DNA of 64,000 bases from Bigelowiella natans CCMP2755 (Eukaryota > Protista > Cercozoa): positions 40,626 to 104,625 of the forward strand of contig ADNK01000976.1 in NCBI GenBank assembly GCA_000320545.1, read 5' to 3'. A model generated the notes under the pieces. The model was given only the letters and a program-made list of their open reading frames with translations. It did not search any database and was not told the DNA's origin. Below are positions 38,501-52,379 of the stretch, piece after piece. The stretch's first letter is position 1; the number at the start of each line of letters is the position of its first letter. A program made the position numbers and the translations under genes.

Positions 38501-39626
38501 ACATCACGTTAAAATTTGACTCCAAGAATGAACTGTTTATTCTAGCATTGGTAAACCCATGTTGGAACTTGGACAATACAAGTTTTCCGCATAAATTATG
38601 TTTTCAAACTTCTGCTAGTGTAATAAGAATGCACGTGGAGTTGCAAGATTAATGGATATTTGTTTGTTCGAAGTACTCAATTCTCACCGTTCATCCTCGT
38701 AGCACCGACTGTTCGGTTACCGTTCCCCTTGTCCATAATTGTGATGAGCTCCGCCGAGCTCTTAACTACGGTATGGGTGAGTCCTTGCACGAAAACACCT
38801 GTATAAAAGATGGTATTCAGAACGATTTATAATAGTAAATTGATAACAACAGTTCTGATGAACAACATGGAGGAGGATCTGTAGCAACAATAATGCGATG
38901 TCCGATATATCATGCAAGAGCTTAGCTTAGAAACAGGAATCCTCTTCATCATTCTTGTTTCAAGCAAATGAATTCGTTTTAGATCACGCGTCCCTTACCT
39001 TTTTCTGGATGTTCCTTTACAGGAAGGGCTTGTTTATAGTCCGCTGCAAGTAAGTCTCGGACTTCTTCGTTATAGATCTCAATAAAAGCACCGCGAACAA
39101 GGTATTTTTTATTCTGCAGCATATTTTTGGAGAGTTAGTTTTGTGGCGCAAACAGCAAACGAATGAAATACCTTTTCCGTGTTCGCATTAATGGTATCGA
39201 ATATATGATGAAACGACTTTGGAATTATTCCACGCTCCTCATCTGGTGAATCCAAACCCTGATATAAAACAGCTTCAGTCATAGGCACACTCAATTCAGT
39301 TCATTTACTCTTACCATCATCGAATAGGTTTTTCCACATCCAGTCTGACCGTAGGCGAAGATTGTCCCATTGAAGCCATCAATGACATTATTCACCAGGT
39401 CGTGGCTAGTTTCCTCGTACACCTCAAGCTGCGAACTAGGATTATAAACTCCGTCGAAGGTGAAGGTTTTGGGCTCTTTATTAGGTTCACCCGGAACCTT
39501 AATGGAGCACTGATTGACCTCCTTGTTCATAAAGACGACCCGCTCACATTTTTTCGACTTCTCGAGCTTGTTGAACGGTCGACACCGTACAAACACCCTC
39601 ACGGATTCCCCACCACTCTTCCCCAT
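35588..39626 (-). CDS. Kinesin-2 family motor (KIF3/KIF17/OSM-3-like, anterograde IFT), multi-exon
   Basis: Motor motifs [50 protein letters not shown] and [20 protein letters not shown]. Kinesin-2 neck [35 protein letters not shown] and tail [11 protein letters not shown]. Confidence 0.93.
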
Positions 39627-40128
39627 CTTCTATTAAGCGGAAAGAAGAAACCACCAAGTGGAGAGGGGAAAGGTTGGACGTGTAGCCGATGAAATAGATG
39701 TCATGCCTGGGCGTTATTAGTGAAACGGTAATTTGGCTAATATTTGGAATTCTTTTTCTGCGACAATGTTTTTCCAAAAGACTTCGATTTCGAACGGGGT
39801 TTCACTTCAGCGTTTCAAAAAATTAAAAATCGGCCTGCGGTGGCATCGTCGCTTTGGTCTGCTTTTCGGCCTGAGGTTGTCGCAGGATAAGAATTATGGG
39901 TATATGTTCGGTTACAACGGGAAATATCCTAGATTTTTCGTCGTATGACTTCGATTTAGGTTTGGATGAAACCGATAGTCGCTTTCCAGAAGTTCCTGGG
40001 GCATAAATTGTCCCAAGCGGAGCAAAACTATGGAGATTTGATGCAGTATTTTGGTTGTCTCATCCTAAAAATCCCCTTGATTCAGCGTCATTTGGTCTGT
40101 TCAGACTCTGCGATGGGCCCCAACCCTG
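39627..40128. promoter_or_regulatory. Bidirectional promoter region kinesin-2 <> CFAP20DC
   Basis: ~500 nt between divergent ATGs; TGCGACA at 39759-39765 and its reverse complement at 39878-39884. Confidence 0.6.
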
Positions 40129-43100
40129 ATGTTTGAGAGGCGTTTCCAAGGAGGAGCTTCGGTGGAGATTTTCTCCCCAAGCGGACGGTATCCACTTCAG
40201 GGGTGGAGTATCAGCCACAAGAAACATGTGAAGAAGATGTATGAGAAGGAGGTGAAGGGGTTCGTTTTTGAATGCGGAGGATCTGCGAAGGCGAGCATGA
40301 AACTCCCAGGGAACGAAAAGGAATCACGTAAGAACCTATCCCCTCCTTCAATCCTGAAACCAAACCTGATTCTGATCAAATTCGTCTCATTTTTAGTCGG
40401 ACTTGTTCAACCTTTTGTGGCTCTGCAGCTTCAGCTTTTCCGCTTGCCTTTCTCTTTCTCACTAGTTCTTATCTTGCGGGGAAGAGGGAAGACAAAGCAT
40501 CGAATCATATTATCAACCAATTTCAAAGACATTAGCGTAACCCCGCTGCATGTACAGCTTCCTATGAGTATAGTAAAGAGGGGTGTGTGGTTGAATCTTG
40601 TGGTTGATCTCCAGGACATAATGTTGAAGACCTTTAAGACAGAATTCCGATGTTTAGATGCTTTGGAAATAAGGTCTTACTGCAAAATCCGGCGCATATT
40701 TACCATGAGGATGCCGCCGATGGACGATACGGAAGATAGTGATATGTACGGTTGGACGCCCAATTACAGTTCGACAACATTTATCTCACGAACGCACAAT
40801 TTCCCGATAGGGGTCGCTCACAAAACACAAATATACTCCATGGAAAAACTACTTCTAAGGCATCCTAGAGAGATCAATTCAGGCCGAACAAGAAACTCAT
40901 CGAGAGCAGCGTCTCGGGCTGTTTCATCAGCAGGTCCCCGCATTACTACCTCTCGTAGGCGAAATCAAATTTTTAGCAGAAGGCGACCGAAACTAGAGGT
41001 TAAGGAGAGATCGCCGACGTCACTCCTCGTGCCAAAGTCAGGCCGCAGAGCACCGCGCAAGGGTTTCGCAGGACTGGACTGTCGGGATGATCAAGGAAAT
41101 TCTCCGCCGAGGGAGCAACAGCCCCCCCCTCCTACCTTGTCAAGAAGACAAAGCGCTCCTACGAGGGAACAACTGTCCCGAAGACGGAGCGCTGGTTACA
41201 AGCGCACGCCGACAAGTGCGACTTCTAACAGTCTCGACAAATCCCCCACCACCTCGTCCCTAGGTGCCTCTGGAGCACCCACCACCACTACCACGATTAC
41301 TGCAACAACAGCAACTACCACTGCTACTACTACCACTACTAGAAACGCTCAAACTGCAAATAGCGCTGCTGCGAACGGCTTCCGACGAAGACGACCAGTA
41401 CCAATTCGCAAACGCAGGCCAATCAACCCAGACCTGATGAGCTCAGTCGCGGAGACAGCGGACAGTGATTCAAAGGTGCCGAGTATCATACATGAGGGGG
41501 GGCCAAAAGAAATAGAGTTACTCCCTGCGGATGATGCGCGAAAGGAAGATGGAAGCAGCATATCCACCCCGATAGACTACGCGCAGGCTGGAGGAGACTG
41601 GAGGGGGGGCAACATAGAGAGACCTCTCCAGTCTATAGAGGATGAGAGCAGTGCAAGCTTTGCTCTGAGGGTCGAAACGGATGGGAGTAGTCCTACTCGA
41701 GAGGTATTTATTTGGGGAGATTAACTGACAACCACGTGGGACATGATGTTTGGGGCTGCGAAGGGAACGATTTGAATGATGGTGATCGAGTTGTTTAGGA
41801 GTGTCTCTTTCTTTGCACAGATGTCATCAAATGGCCCGTCGCCCAAGGATTTGGACTTTAATATATTGAACCTTGAACTAGAGGTTTGTAATATCACAGC
41901 TTGTCTTGAGTATGATAGGTGCTTTAGCAACGGATTGTGTTATTTCGAGTGGGCATCTTATTGATAATACCGACAATACAATATCAGAGTGCCAGACCAT
42001 GTGTGGATCATGGCAAACCCTCTTCTTCGTCTAATCCCCGATACTCGGAGGTAACAGCAGCAAATGATATCTCCAGATTGCAATTGACATAATCTGAAAG
42101 CAACCGGGTCTGTCTGTCCACAGGTCGAAGGAGAATCAGGGGAGATCGAGGTTGAAGAAGCCTTGACGATGGAGGATGATGAACTCGAAGAACTGCGCTC
42201 TACGCGAAGGATGGCGGTTGGGACACCGAAGAAGAAGAGCCACGAACGGAGGACCGACAAGAGAGATGGGGGGGGTTCCTACGGAGACGGAAGTGGAGAT
42301 CGGGATGAAGAAGAAGGGCATGATGGTGCGATTAGCGGGACTAAATGGAACAACCGACGACAAGTGCAGAAAGAGGGCGGCACTGCTACCTTCAATGATG
42401 GTGGTGCTGATTCTGGGGTCGACTTCAAGTATGATGCCAACGTGGAGGAGATTAATGCAGATGACGACGATATCTACCATCACACGGATTCGCGTTACGC
42501 TCCAGACTCTCGCCCGATTACCTCTAAGTAATTCGTCTGCACCTTACTTCATGTCTCTCTATCCCTGAACGAGCGACGTTATGACCTGACATGACCTGGC
42601 CTGACCTCACGATTTGGTGTTGTTTCAATTTATTGTTGTCCAGTACCATGAATGGCCTGCTTGCTCCCCTTAACTTTGGGAATGAGAGGCTGCTAACACC
42701 GCCTTTGGACTTAGGATTCGAAGGTAGATATTGCCGCTGCATTTGTTGTGATCCGGGGCGAATGCGAATATCTACATATACTTATTTATTTTGGCGCATG
42801 TACTAGGTTAGCACACAGGTACAAATAACGTGTGTGTTTGTGTTTGTGTTTGGTTTGTAGCCAGTTTTCCCTTCACGACCCATATTTTCTTCTTTTTTTC
42901 ATATAATGCTTCAGGAAGCGGAACTTCTCGGAATATGCCCGGTATTCTGGACGGGAGGCTGTCGCCCAAGCGAGTAAGATATTTTCTTTTGAGCTGCTAT
43001 CCTGTTCAAGCAGAAACTCTAGGAGTATCACCGAAATAGGATAGTAGTTTTTGCGAGTCGTAACGACTAAATTTGTGAAGGAGGAGGAGATTTCAATGTG

Positions 43101-43371
43101 CTTGATGCCCATCTCTCGGAATTGTCAAGGTTTCTTATTGATATTTTATTCCTGGCAGCAATTCATGGATTCGAAGCATAGCAGCAACATGGGTTCTGGG
43201 TCTATTGTGCATGTGATGCAATACTCGAAAACCGACACCGAAGTCAGGAATCGGAAGAGCGGCGACGGTGCAAAGTTTGATTCACCTACGATCGAGCTTA
43301 TGTACGATCCTGTCTTAGAATGCTATTATGATCCAAAGAGCAACCAATATTTTAACTTCGACACCTCTTGA
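40129..43371 (+). CDS. CFAP20DC: CFAP20 domain-containing protein (C3orf67-like), multi-exon
   Basis: N-terminal CFAP20/DUF667-like domain (FQGGASVEIFS, LVQPFVALQ, LHVQLPM...GVWLNLVVDL, CKIRRIFTM), a long disordered middle, and the C-terminal signature LMYDPVLECYYDPKSNQYF. Confidence 0.85.
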
Positions 43372-43449
43372 TGAGGAAAGGAAGCGGTTAGGAATCATGT
43401 GAAACTTTCAAGCCTCCTTATGTGTAATAGAAGGTATTTGAGGGTTCCT

Positions 43450-44190
43450 ATTAGCACATCTAGGCTGTCCATGCATGATTCAGGAGTGCATGAAATGGTT
43501 GTAATGATGTGATTAAATCTTTTGATTGTCATCCTGTGTGCCTCAATGCACACCTGCGCGCATGCATCTGCTGCAACGACATGCACAGCCCACCTAGCCA
43601 CCTGCCAGATTCTGTACGCACTGCGCGAGTGTAGTGTATAGTGCATCTAAACTAGCCGAAATTTACACAAAATGATCAGTGCACGCATTTGTGTACGTCT
43701 AGACGCTGGCTGGCTAGCTGGCCCACACTGGGAAGCATCCACATCAAGCTGCGATGATACTTGCAACAGCCGTGCTAGCATGACATGTGGCTACCTCTAG
43801 ACCTCTCTAGCTCTAGACCTAGCTACCGACGACGATGTCTGTCTAGACGCTAGACCAGTAGAGACGTGCAGTGCACATTACACGGATAGTCCGCCGCAAG
43901 GATCGGAGCTGCAGAACGTGCTTGTTCAGTTCATTTGTTCGATCGCTTGCAAACGCCAGAGTCTATTTGTTCCTAGCGAGAAGAGGGTCTTCAATGTCAA
44001 AAATGTACGGCAACATGTAATATCGAAAGCATGTGTCTGATGCATGCGGCAACTACATCTAGATATGCCATGCATGTGTGTCCATCTTCATCCTTGCTAT
44101 AGCGTTCGTAATCACTAGCAACTCTATCTTGTACCCCACGAAGACATGCAAAGCAATTAACTTGCAAGATCACGACTGAGCATACTGAAA
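43450..44190. other. CTAG/palindrome-rich convergent intergenic zone (CFAP20DC >< double kinase)
   Basis: About 15 CTAG in ~700 nt by eye; CTAGCTCTAGACCTAG at 43807-43822 has one mismatch to the 16038 palindrome. Confidence 0.7.
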
Positions 44191-44308
44191 GTTTAATGAT
44201 TAGGATATTTTGCCTCCTTTCATCCGTTCCCAAGGCCTACAAAGTGTTTTTTGTATGGAACAATATCGGATGTTTCAATATCGGATGTTTGAAACTTTGG
44301 CTGTCCGC

Positions 44309-45648
44309 TCAGATTTCGTATTTATCCGGTTTCCAAAACTCGAAACTTCTCCCGCCCGTAACCTGATATTATATGAAAATTTACGGCGTAAGGATACGTT
44401 TACATTAATGATAACTTCCCACCTTATGAGCTTCGGCCCATGCATTGCTGATATTATTTTCAACAAATTCGCTGTTGACACGTAGTTGCTCAGCTAACTT
44501 CGCTCGCGCTTCTTGTTTGAGGAACATATCGCTTCCGCTATCCTTTCGGTTGTGATGAATCTGTAAAGAGTTCAGAGTGAAGATTGTTGATGGGCCTATT
44601 TAGCTGGAATTTCGGGATACCTCGCAGGCAAGTATTCTCATCTCTTGCTTCGCCCGGTGTCTGAAAGACTTTTTCTCGCCGGTACATAGCCATGTTGAAA
44701 GCTGGTCAAAAGGTTTCCGTTTTCAACATCGTAATAGTTATCATGATCATGGTCATGGTCATTAGCATCGGGATCAACAGGAAGATCATCAATGTTAAAC
44801 TTCTACCTCCTCTCTGCTTGCGGCGTTCTGTATAAATGGGTGTTTTAGAAGCTGCTCTGCTGACAAACGCTTCTTTGGATCCTTCTTCAAACATAAATCA
44901 ACGAACTCGCAGAAGTGCTGCGAGAAGCGCTGTTCCGGACTAAGAGTGGGAGGGGGGTTTTCAACCAAAGCCTCGTGCTGTAAAACGCAGAACCATCAAC
45001 AGGATTGTCCAAATCACTTCGGAAACTTTAAATTTCCCAAAAGGAGAAGACAGGCATGAACAAAAGTTGTGGAATATTGTGTGGTAAAACGGAAGGAGGA
45101 ACTACTATTACTACTACTACTACTAATACTAATGGTGCTGTTACTATTACCATTTTCCAATAGTCCTGTGGGATTGGATTCTTTCCTGTCGCGCAGAATA
45201 TTAGTGTGATCCCAACAGCCCAAATATCTGCTGGGTATGCAAATTCCTCGTGCTTAACACGCTCCGGGCTCATATACCACAGTGTGCCGTTGACGGTTTT
45301 GATCCCCGTCTCATCTTGCCTATTATTAGACCACCATGGTTATGATACCACACATTGAGACCTCGGAACTACTGATTGTGACTGGTATCATCGTTACGCG
45401 ATAAATTATAACAAAATTACAGAGCACCATGTGGCTTTGAACCTATCATGCATACAGTTGGACGAATATCACAACAGCAAAAACGACGACGACGACTACG
45501 ACTACTACTTCTACTGCTTACTTCAGCTGCCTCATTAGGCCGAAATCCACCACCTTCACATCCCCCGTACTTGATACCAAGAAATTTTCGGGCTTGATGT
45601 CTCTATGGACGAATCTCTTGGAATGGATGTGCCGCAGTCCTTCCAAGA

Positions 45649-45686
<38 letters not shown>

Positions 45687-45754
45687 ACGCAGTTGGTGAT
45701 ATCCGTATCCTCACCTCTGTATGCTAGTATGAACTAGCAATGATAAATGCACAT

Positions 45755-45792
<38 letters not shown>

Positions 45793-48700
45793 ACACACAC
45801 GCGCGCGCGCACTTGACATGGAACGGAATTCAGGCATCGTGCCAGGCACACAAACCTGCTTCGCCATTTGAGCGATGTATCTCTCATTGATTTTCTTCCG
45901 TCTCCGAACGACGTCCTCGAGAGAACCGAGGTCCATATATTCAAGCACGATTACTATTCTTTGTGCTTCTAAGTATGCTCCTAGCAGCTTCATAACTTGT
46001 GGATGCTGGATCTGAGATTAGTTGTAATTTGCAGCATCGGCATCGTCAAGTGATGGTGGTGGTGATGATGGTGATGATAATGATTCCATTGGGTATGAAA
46101 GATTTCAAAGATTTTCGTAACCAACATATCATTACAAATCTATTGAGCTGCCACATACATGCACACACCTGCACATAAACAGCATCTACTACGTTCTCAC
46201 ATCATTACATCATTCCATTAAAACGCTTCTTTTACTATTATTATTTCGTTTCATGTAATCACCTTTACGAAGGCTGTCAGCTCTTTATCCAGCTGATGTC
46301 GATAGCCAGCATTTTCAATACTCATATGCTTCAAAGCTACGAATTTGCGTGACAGCATATGGAATGACTTGACGACGAAACCAGACGCTCCGCGACCCAA
46401 ATGCCGTATGTGGATAAGCTCAGATCTGTGTATTGGATAAAAACAAAGGGTGGAAGAAAATTTGCATTTTATCATTTAATTTGGGGCTTATTGCAATATT
46501 GCGATAGTATTCTATAGTCTCACCATACAATATGATCAACATCGTATGATAGTAATAACTAGAACCTTCTGTATTCATAGGCATGTGATTCTGATATCGC
46601 TGTCGCAGCAGTAGCGGCCTGGGTTTCCCGAGCGTCCATTCTTCCAGATGTATCAATCGCAAAGTTATGCGTTGAGAAGATTCTGTTGTTTCCGTCATGG
46701 CCCAGCCTAGGTTATTTATATATTTAAGCACCGCAGTAGGATAAAGGGAGAAAGAAAGGTCTTTTTTTACATGAAAGTATTCTCGGAGTTTTGTATGAAA
46801 CGTCCCCCTGCCGTCTGCTTATCAAACTTGATCTCCTCTTGCCTGATATTCTTGGAGCTTTCCCTGTAGAGCTGCTTCTGGGCGTGGGGCCCCTCGTTCA
46901 CGGCTGATACCTGCTCCTGATTATGCTGACCTCCATGCGTGAGCGTTAAATCGTCTTCAAGTCTCAGTGCCGGGATGTCTACAGGATGATTAGTTGCTTC
47001 CTGTTCTTCTTTCTTTTTGTGCCAGTCGCCTATTTGGAGGGGTGGTATTCTTGTACCCGAGGAAATGTTGTTGCTCACTTCCTGCTGCTCCCGAGTTTTC
47101 GTAAGATCGTCCTCCACAATGAGCATTGGTGCCGCACCACCGATGGGAGACACGACATCCAATTTGTTGCGAGTTTCACCACTACTACCACCACCACCAT
47201 CCGCATTTGTAGATTCCTTGCAGCGCTGTCGCTTTAGCTTGGTATCCATATCTCTTTGCTGCAATGTCCTTATGAAATCCCACTGTGTGATGTCTCCTCC
47301 CTTTTGTGAGGCCTTGGCGTCACCTTTACCATCATCCGTGATGGACCGTGAAGCCTTTCCAAACAGACGATTTCGGATTGAAGTAATTTGAAGCTCCTTA
47401 TTCCCCTTCCTGTCACTCTTAATGTCGTTCTCATCCTTTTGGTGGATCTCTTTATAATTCTTGTACTGAATGAGATAGAGAAGAGACTTCCTACATATAA
47501 GAGCTGGTACATTCTTTTGAACCTGCACGCTCTTCTCCTCGACTGTCTTGGAAGAAGCATTGTTCATTTCAAATATACCCGCGTCCTGCATTACGTCCAT
47601 CAGGCGGTTGCAGAACGTGGTAAGCTTGAATTGCTCCTCGTCCATGAATGGGTCGTGAATCAAATCCTCGGCACTCGGGCGGTGCTCTGGATTCTTCACG
47701 AAGCACCGTGCCAGAAACCTCTTAAACTCGTTGCTCCATTCTCGCAAATCACCTCTGCGGGGCTCCTTGTCCAGCGACATTTTGGAGCGAAGAGTGGGAG
47801 GTTTACCGTGCATAACCTTATCCGCGACATTGTCCAGTGGCTCGCCGAAATATGGTGGTCTACCTTCAGCAAGCTCAATCGCCGTGACGCCTAGGGACCA
47901 CAGATCTCCTCGCTCATTTACCGGTTGCCCCTTATATGCTTCTGGAGGCATCCACAATGGGGAGCCGGCGAAATCGCAACTTCCCGTGTTCTTCACCGTT
48001 TCAGAAATCCCAAAATCCGAAAGCTTGACGAAGCCGTTAGTTGTCAGGAGAATGTTGGCAGCCTTGATGTCCTTGTGAACGATACCCATGCTGTGCAGAA
48101 ACGCGAGTGCTCGTAAGACGCAGTGGATGATGTAAGCAATGTGTGACTCCGCCATCAAAGTTTTCATCCCCTTCCGGAGGTCGAGCACGGAGCCCCTGAT
48201 ACCGATGACAACAACTCAATAACTATGAGAAAAAAGCCAGGAGATGGAACGATGGGGGATAATCTGCACTCGACAAAGTACCCGTCGCAATACTCCATCA
48301 CCATCCAGAGTTGTCCATTCTCATTTGGTCCGCCGTAGCCTTGGTACTTCACTATGTTTGGATGCGCTTGCAGTTTAAACAACATATCAGTCTCCATAAC
48401 CTATAATTAGTAGTCCCGGGGATTAAGTGAGAATGATTTCCTGGGATAAGGTGTGAACTTTGACTTCATATACCGGTCACGTGTCGAATTTCTAATTTCC
48501 GAAAAAAATGTTGTAAAATACTTATGTTTCAAAGTCTTTTCTACTCACTAAGAAAAAAATCAAAGTAACATCTTTTTTCTGTCACATAATCGCAAATACT
48601 ACATATCATACGATATTCTTGAGTGCTGAGTGGCCGATCATATTCTTGAAAATCTTGATCACGCACGGAGGTCTATCAACCATGTTCTTATTGATGGCAA

Positions 48701-49319
48701 GATGCACCTCGCTGAATCCTCCTTCACCAATTTTGGATGTACTTTTTGCACATTTTGTACACATTGCATAGTTGCACTTCGGATATGGACACACGTGGAA
48801 GAACATGGTATCGCGATTGGCCTGTCAATACGAATGAGTGAACAACTTTTTCTTTTGATTTTTGAGAGGGGAGAGGGGAGAGGGGAGAGGGGAACAAAAA
48901 AGAATATGTTCGCCACCTTCATGAAGCAATTTTCACAACGATATGTATGACACTTTTCTCCGGAATGAAGCACCATTTCATGGTATCTTGGGCAATAAAA
49001 TTCGAAATGTTCTTCAAAGGATCCCTGCCACTTCAAATCTCTGGAAGAAAAAATCATGAAAATATATACCATTGAGGTGTTATTGCTCCCTTACCCTTGC
49101 ATTCGGAATCCAGCGCGGACGTTCACTGGCATTGTTACACCGCCTTTTATCTCTTTCAAGTACCGAAATTGACGATGCCAACGATCCAGCTCACTCTTTA
49201 ATATGTAATTCATCAAAACACAAGTCTTCATTTCATAACACAGAAACAGATTTGAATACTCGAACTACTGACCCTTGTTCGGCATTCAAAACTAATGATA
49301 GTTTCCTTCTTAGGGCCAT
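44309..49319 (-). CDS. Tandem protein kinase: N-terminal STE20/MST-like kinase (with Cys-rich insert) fused to a C-terminal STE7/MAP2K-like kinase
   Basis: Kinase 1: [60 protein letters not shown]. Kinase 2: [41 protein letters not shown]. Bridging exons at ~46567-46647 keep the frame. The 3' end is approximate. Confidence 0.85.
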
Positions 49320-49920
49320 GGAAACGCAAACCAATGCTAAATGCACATCCCCGGAACGCAGGGCATCTGGAATCCGTCAGAATCTCAGCAAGGTCTTTAA
49401 CCTATTAATTTGTCGTTGTTGAGATTCGTGGAAATGGAAATTTTCTGCTTACGCACACCTCCAGGACGCGGATTTTCCTACTCTTAACGCCTTTCAGGAA
49501 AAAGCCACGCTCTTTCGAAATCTATAATTTTATGAAGTGATACTTCAAATATATAATATGTAGATATGGACCAATATTATAAATAAAAGTATCTGAAGAA
49601 TCGAAAAGCAACACGGCTGTCCTCACACACCAAGCCTTTCTTCTTTCCCTTTCCACTATTTCGACGCAACGATAAAGAAAATGATTTTGTTCCCAACTGA
49701 TTTCCATTGTGATTCCAAAGTATAACTTTTAAAGGAGGCAAAGAGAATTTTGTTTCTAAATCGAGTTGACCTTAGACCCTAAGACTTGATTTTTCCTTCG
49801 ATTTGCGCGAGATTTTTGATTTGAGTCGATTAACATCTTTCGAACCAAGTTTTCATTATATCTAACGGGGTATAAAATATAGTTGTAGCTTCTAAGATAT
49901 ATGAATGTCTTGTTTAACAA

Positions 49921-51830
49921 TTAAATATCTTGTTTTACATTTCTTTTCCTTGTTGAAAAAGTAGCACGGTCTCCGAATTCTCCTACACCAGTGTTTAGAT
50001 TATCAACTCCAAAGGGCAGATAATTTTTTGAAAAAGACGAGGCTAGTACCCTCTTTTCTCTGAACTGATCGGGGGTGTTTGGAGAATTCGAAGTCGAAGG
50101 AGAAGCAAAGCTATGTTGGCGATTGGTCGATTTCGTACTAGGGGTGACTCCCATTGTATGCGGTGTGTACAACGGATCTGCTGATGTGGAACATGATCCA
50201 GCATTCTATAATCCAAAAAATATAACTCATCATAAAATTATCGTTTTGAAAGCTCTGTAAGGAACAAACTTTCGCTTCTGGTTTGAATTTGGACACGCTC
50301 CATTGCTGCCCACTTGTGCAGGACGATTTCCTACTCTGCGATGAGTGATGTATTAGTGAGACCAGAATAAAATAGGCAAGATCATTGAAATATATTTGGG
50401 AATTAAATAACCAAAGAAAATAGTAACCAAAAAATAAGATAACCAAAGTCTTTTGAAGTATCTCAGTGAATTGCTCCTATGCCCATTAAAATGTGCCAAA
50501 CGTAATTCCAATATTGATTTGGAAAAGTGTTGTATAGATTCAGATTTATTTCTCACAAGTGTGCAAATTCTCTATACCATTTGAGCGTCTGTCTTCATAT
50601 CTGGGGCATTATTTACCATAAATAATCTTTCCGACTTTTCATCGTTTTGGATGCAAGAAACCGGTGCAAATAACATTTGGGATAAATCCTCTGAGCATCG
50701 AACGTAGCAGTTCGAAAGAACTTTGACTTCTTTCCATTTTGTCCCAACGAAAGCGCGGGTGAATACCTCCCCATATGTCAGGACTTTCCTATGCCATTTT
50801 TTCCTATATTTACCGACTGCATAAAGTCGTTCCTCCTGCTCTTTCTTCATATCGTACTTATCTAATCCAGTTTCTTGTCTTTCCAGATCTGACACTAATA
50901 TTTTGATCTTTATCAGACCATTGTACCAATCCCAAACTGTCTTTCCAGCTCCATCTTGAGTATCCTTGCACATGGTTTCGTCCGTCATTCGATTAAGAGT
51001 CTCTCCTACTACGCTGATTTCCTCCTCTGTTTCCAGGACTCTCACACGTACCACCGACGGATTTTCATCGTAATATTCAATAACTTCCCCCTCTTTTGAA
51101 AACTCCTCGCCATTGATTTTCTCGGTAAATTCGACAATTTCTCCAATTTGAACGCAATTAATATCTGGAGTCAAATGTATTACTGTTGACCGAGGCTTCC
51201 TCGATTTTTTTTGTTTTGCAGTTTTGTCGTGCAACATTATTATAGAGAATGACTTCAACTCTTTCAATTCTGCAGGAAGATTCGCGACTCCGTACATTTC
51301 TGCACACGTTACATTTGCTAAGTTCGATGTTGGGAAGTACATCCTTCCCCCAGTTGACTCTCCTTTGATTGGAGAATAAACTATGTATCTCAAATCCTAC
51401 AAAATATTGAATGGTAAACTTCATCAAAGTAATGGAAATATTTTTGGCATTACATCTGTGAGCTTCAAATGGCATTTCTTCTTCTTCCAAAATCCGAACT
51501 TGCTCTGATTATGTACTCCCTCAAACAATGGGAACAAGATCTAAGGGTATATCGTACTTTTGACAATTGTATGAATCGCTGGCCAATCTGAAGCCGTTGG
51601 ATCGTCGCTTTCTGCAATAAAAAATTAAGTATGAACGGCAAACGACAAGGAAGTCCATACCTGTTCGTTTGGTTCGGCTTGGAGAAGCTGCACTAATGGT
51701 TCAGCGTCCAGTGGATACTCATCACGAAAGCCACCATTGTGACAATCCTCTTCAAGTGCGACACTTGCAGCACCCTCTGCGTTTGAAGTTGCGTTGCTAT
51801 GATCCTCCTCCCTGTTGTAACCAAAACGGA
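49921..51830 (-). pseudogene. Decayed or orphan AT-rich multi-exon gene containing a 273-aa ORF (50572-51393) of unknown function
   Basis: The long ORF has a beta-rich Tudor/SH3-like stretch. The upstream exon-like frame ...LDLVPIV*GST*SEQVRILEEEEMPF is interrupted by TGA/TAA. The frame continues after the TAG at 50572. No recognisable family. Confidence 0.4.
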
Positions 51831-52379
51831 AAATATCGGGTTTTAATAGTAGGAAGCATCGAAATCATCATTATTTCACCTGGATGTTCGTGCTGAAAGT
51901 GATCTTTTCATTATATTTCAGCTAGTCTTGGAGCGTTGTTTAGATGAGAGGGAAGCTTGTAGGCTTCGATACGGGAGCGAGGGCAAGGGGTTGCACAAGC
52001 ACTACCATTTTTGGAAGGAACAAGCACGGTGACTACCATGCGACAAGCTATTTTCCAAGTCTATCTCTCGTAATCCACTGTTTGTTTCTGCGACAGAACC
52101 AACTGCTTTATCTCCAGGAATCCTCCCGAGTCTTCTGGCATTTCTTCTCGGCATCAGTAACTAGTTTTACACTAAATGACAGGAAAACACTACACGCAGA
52201 GTGAAAACACCATGCGTTCTAGAAATTCTGTTGACATTCGAGCATTCCAATTCTTCTTTTCTTCAAATTAAAAGTTGCCCGTTGCAGTACAAGCACAGTT
52301 TGGAATCCCGAAAGGTGACAGGCTGAAGCGAGCTTGCGACACAAAAATGAACAAATTTTCCAAAGGATTTAGGCATGTC

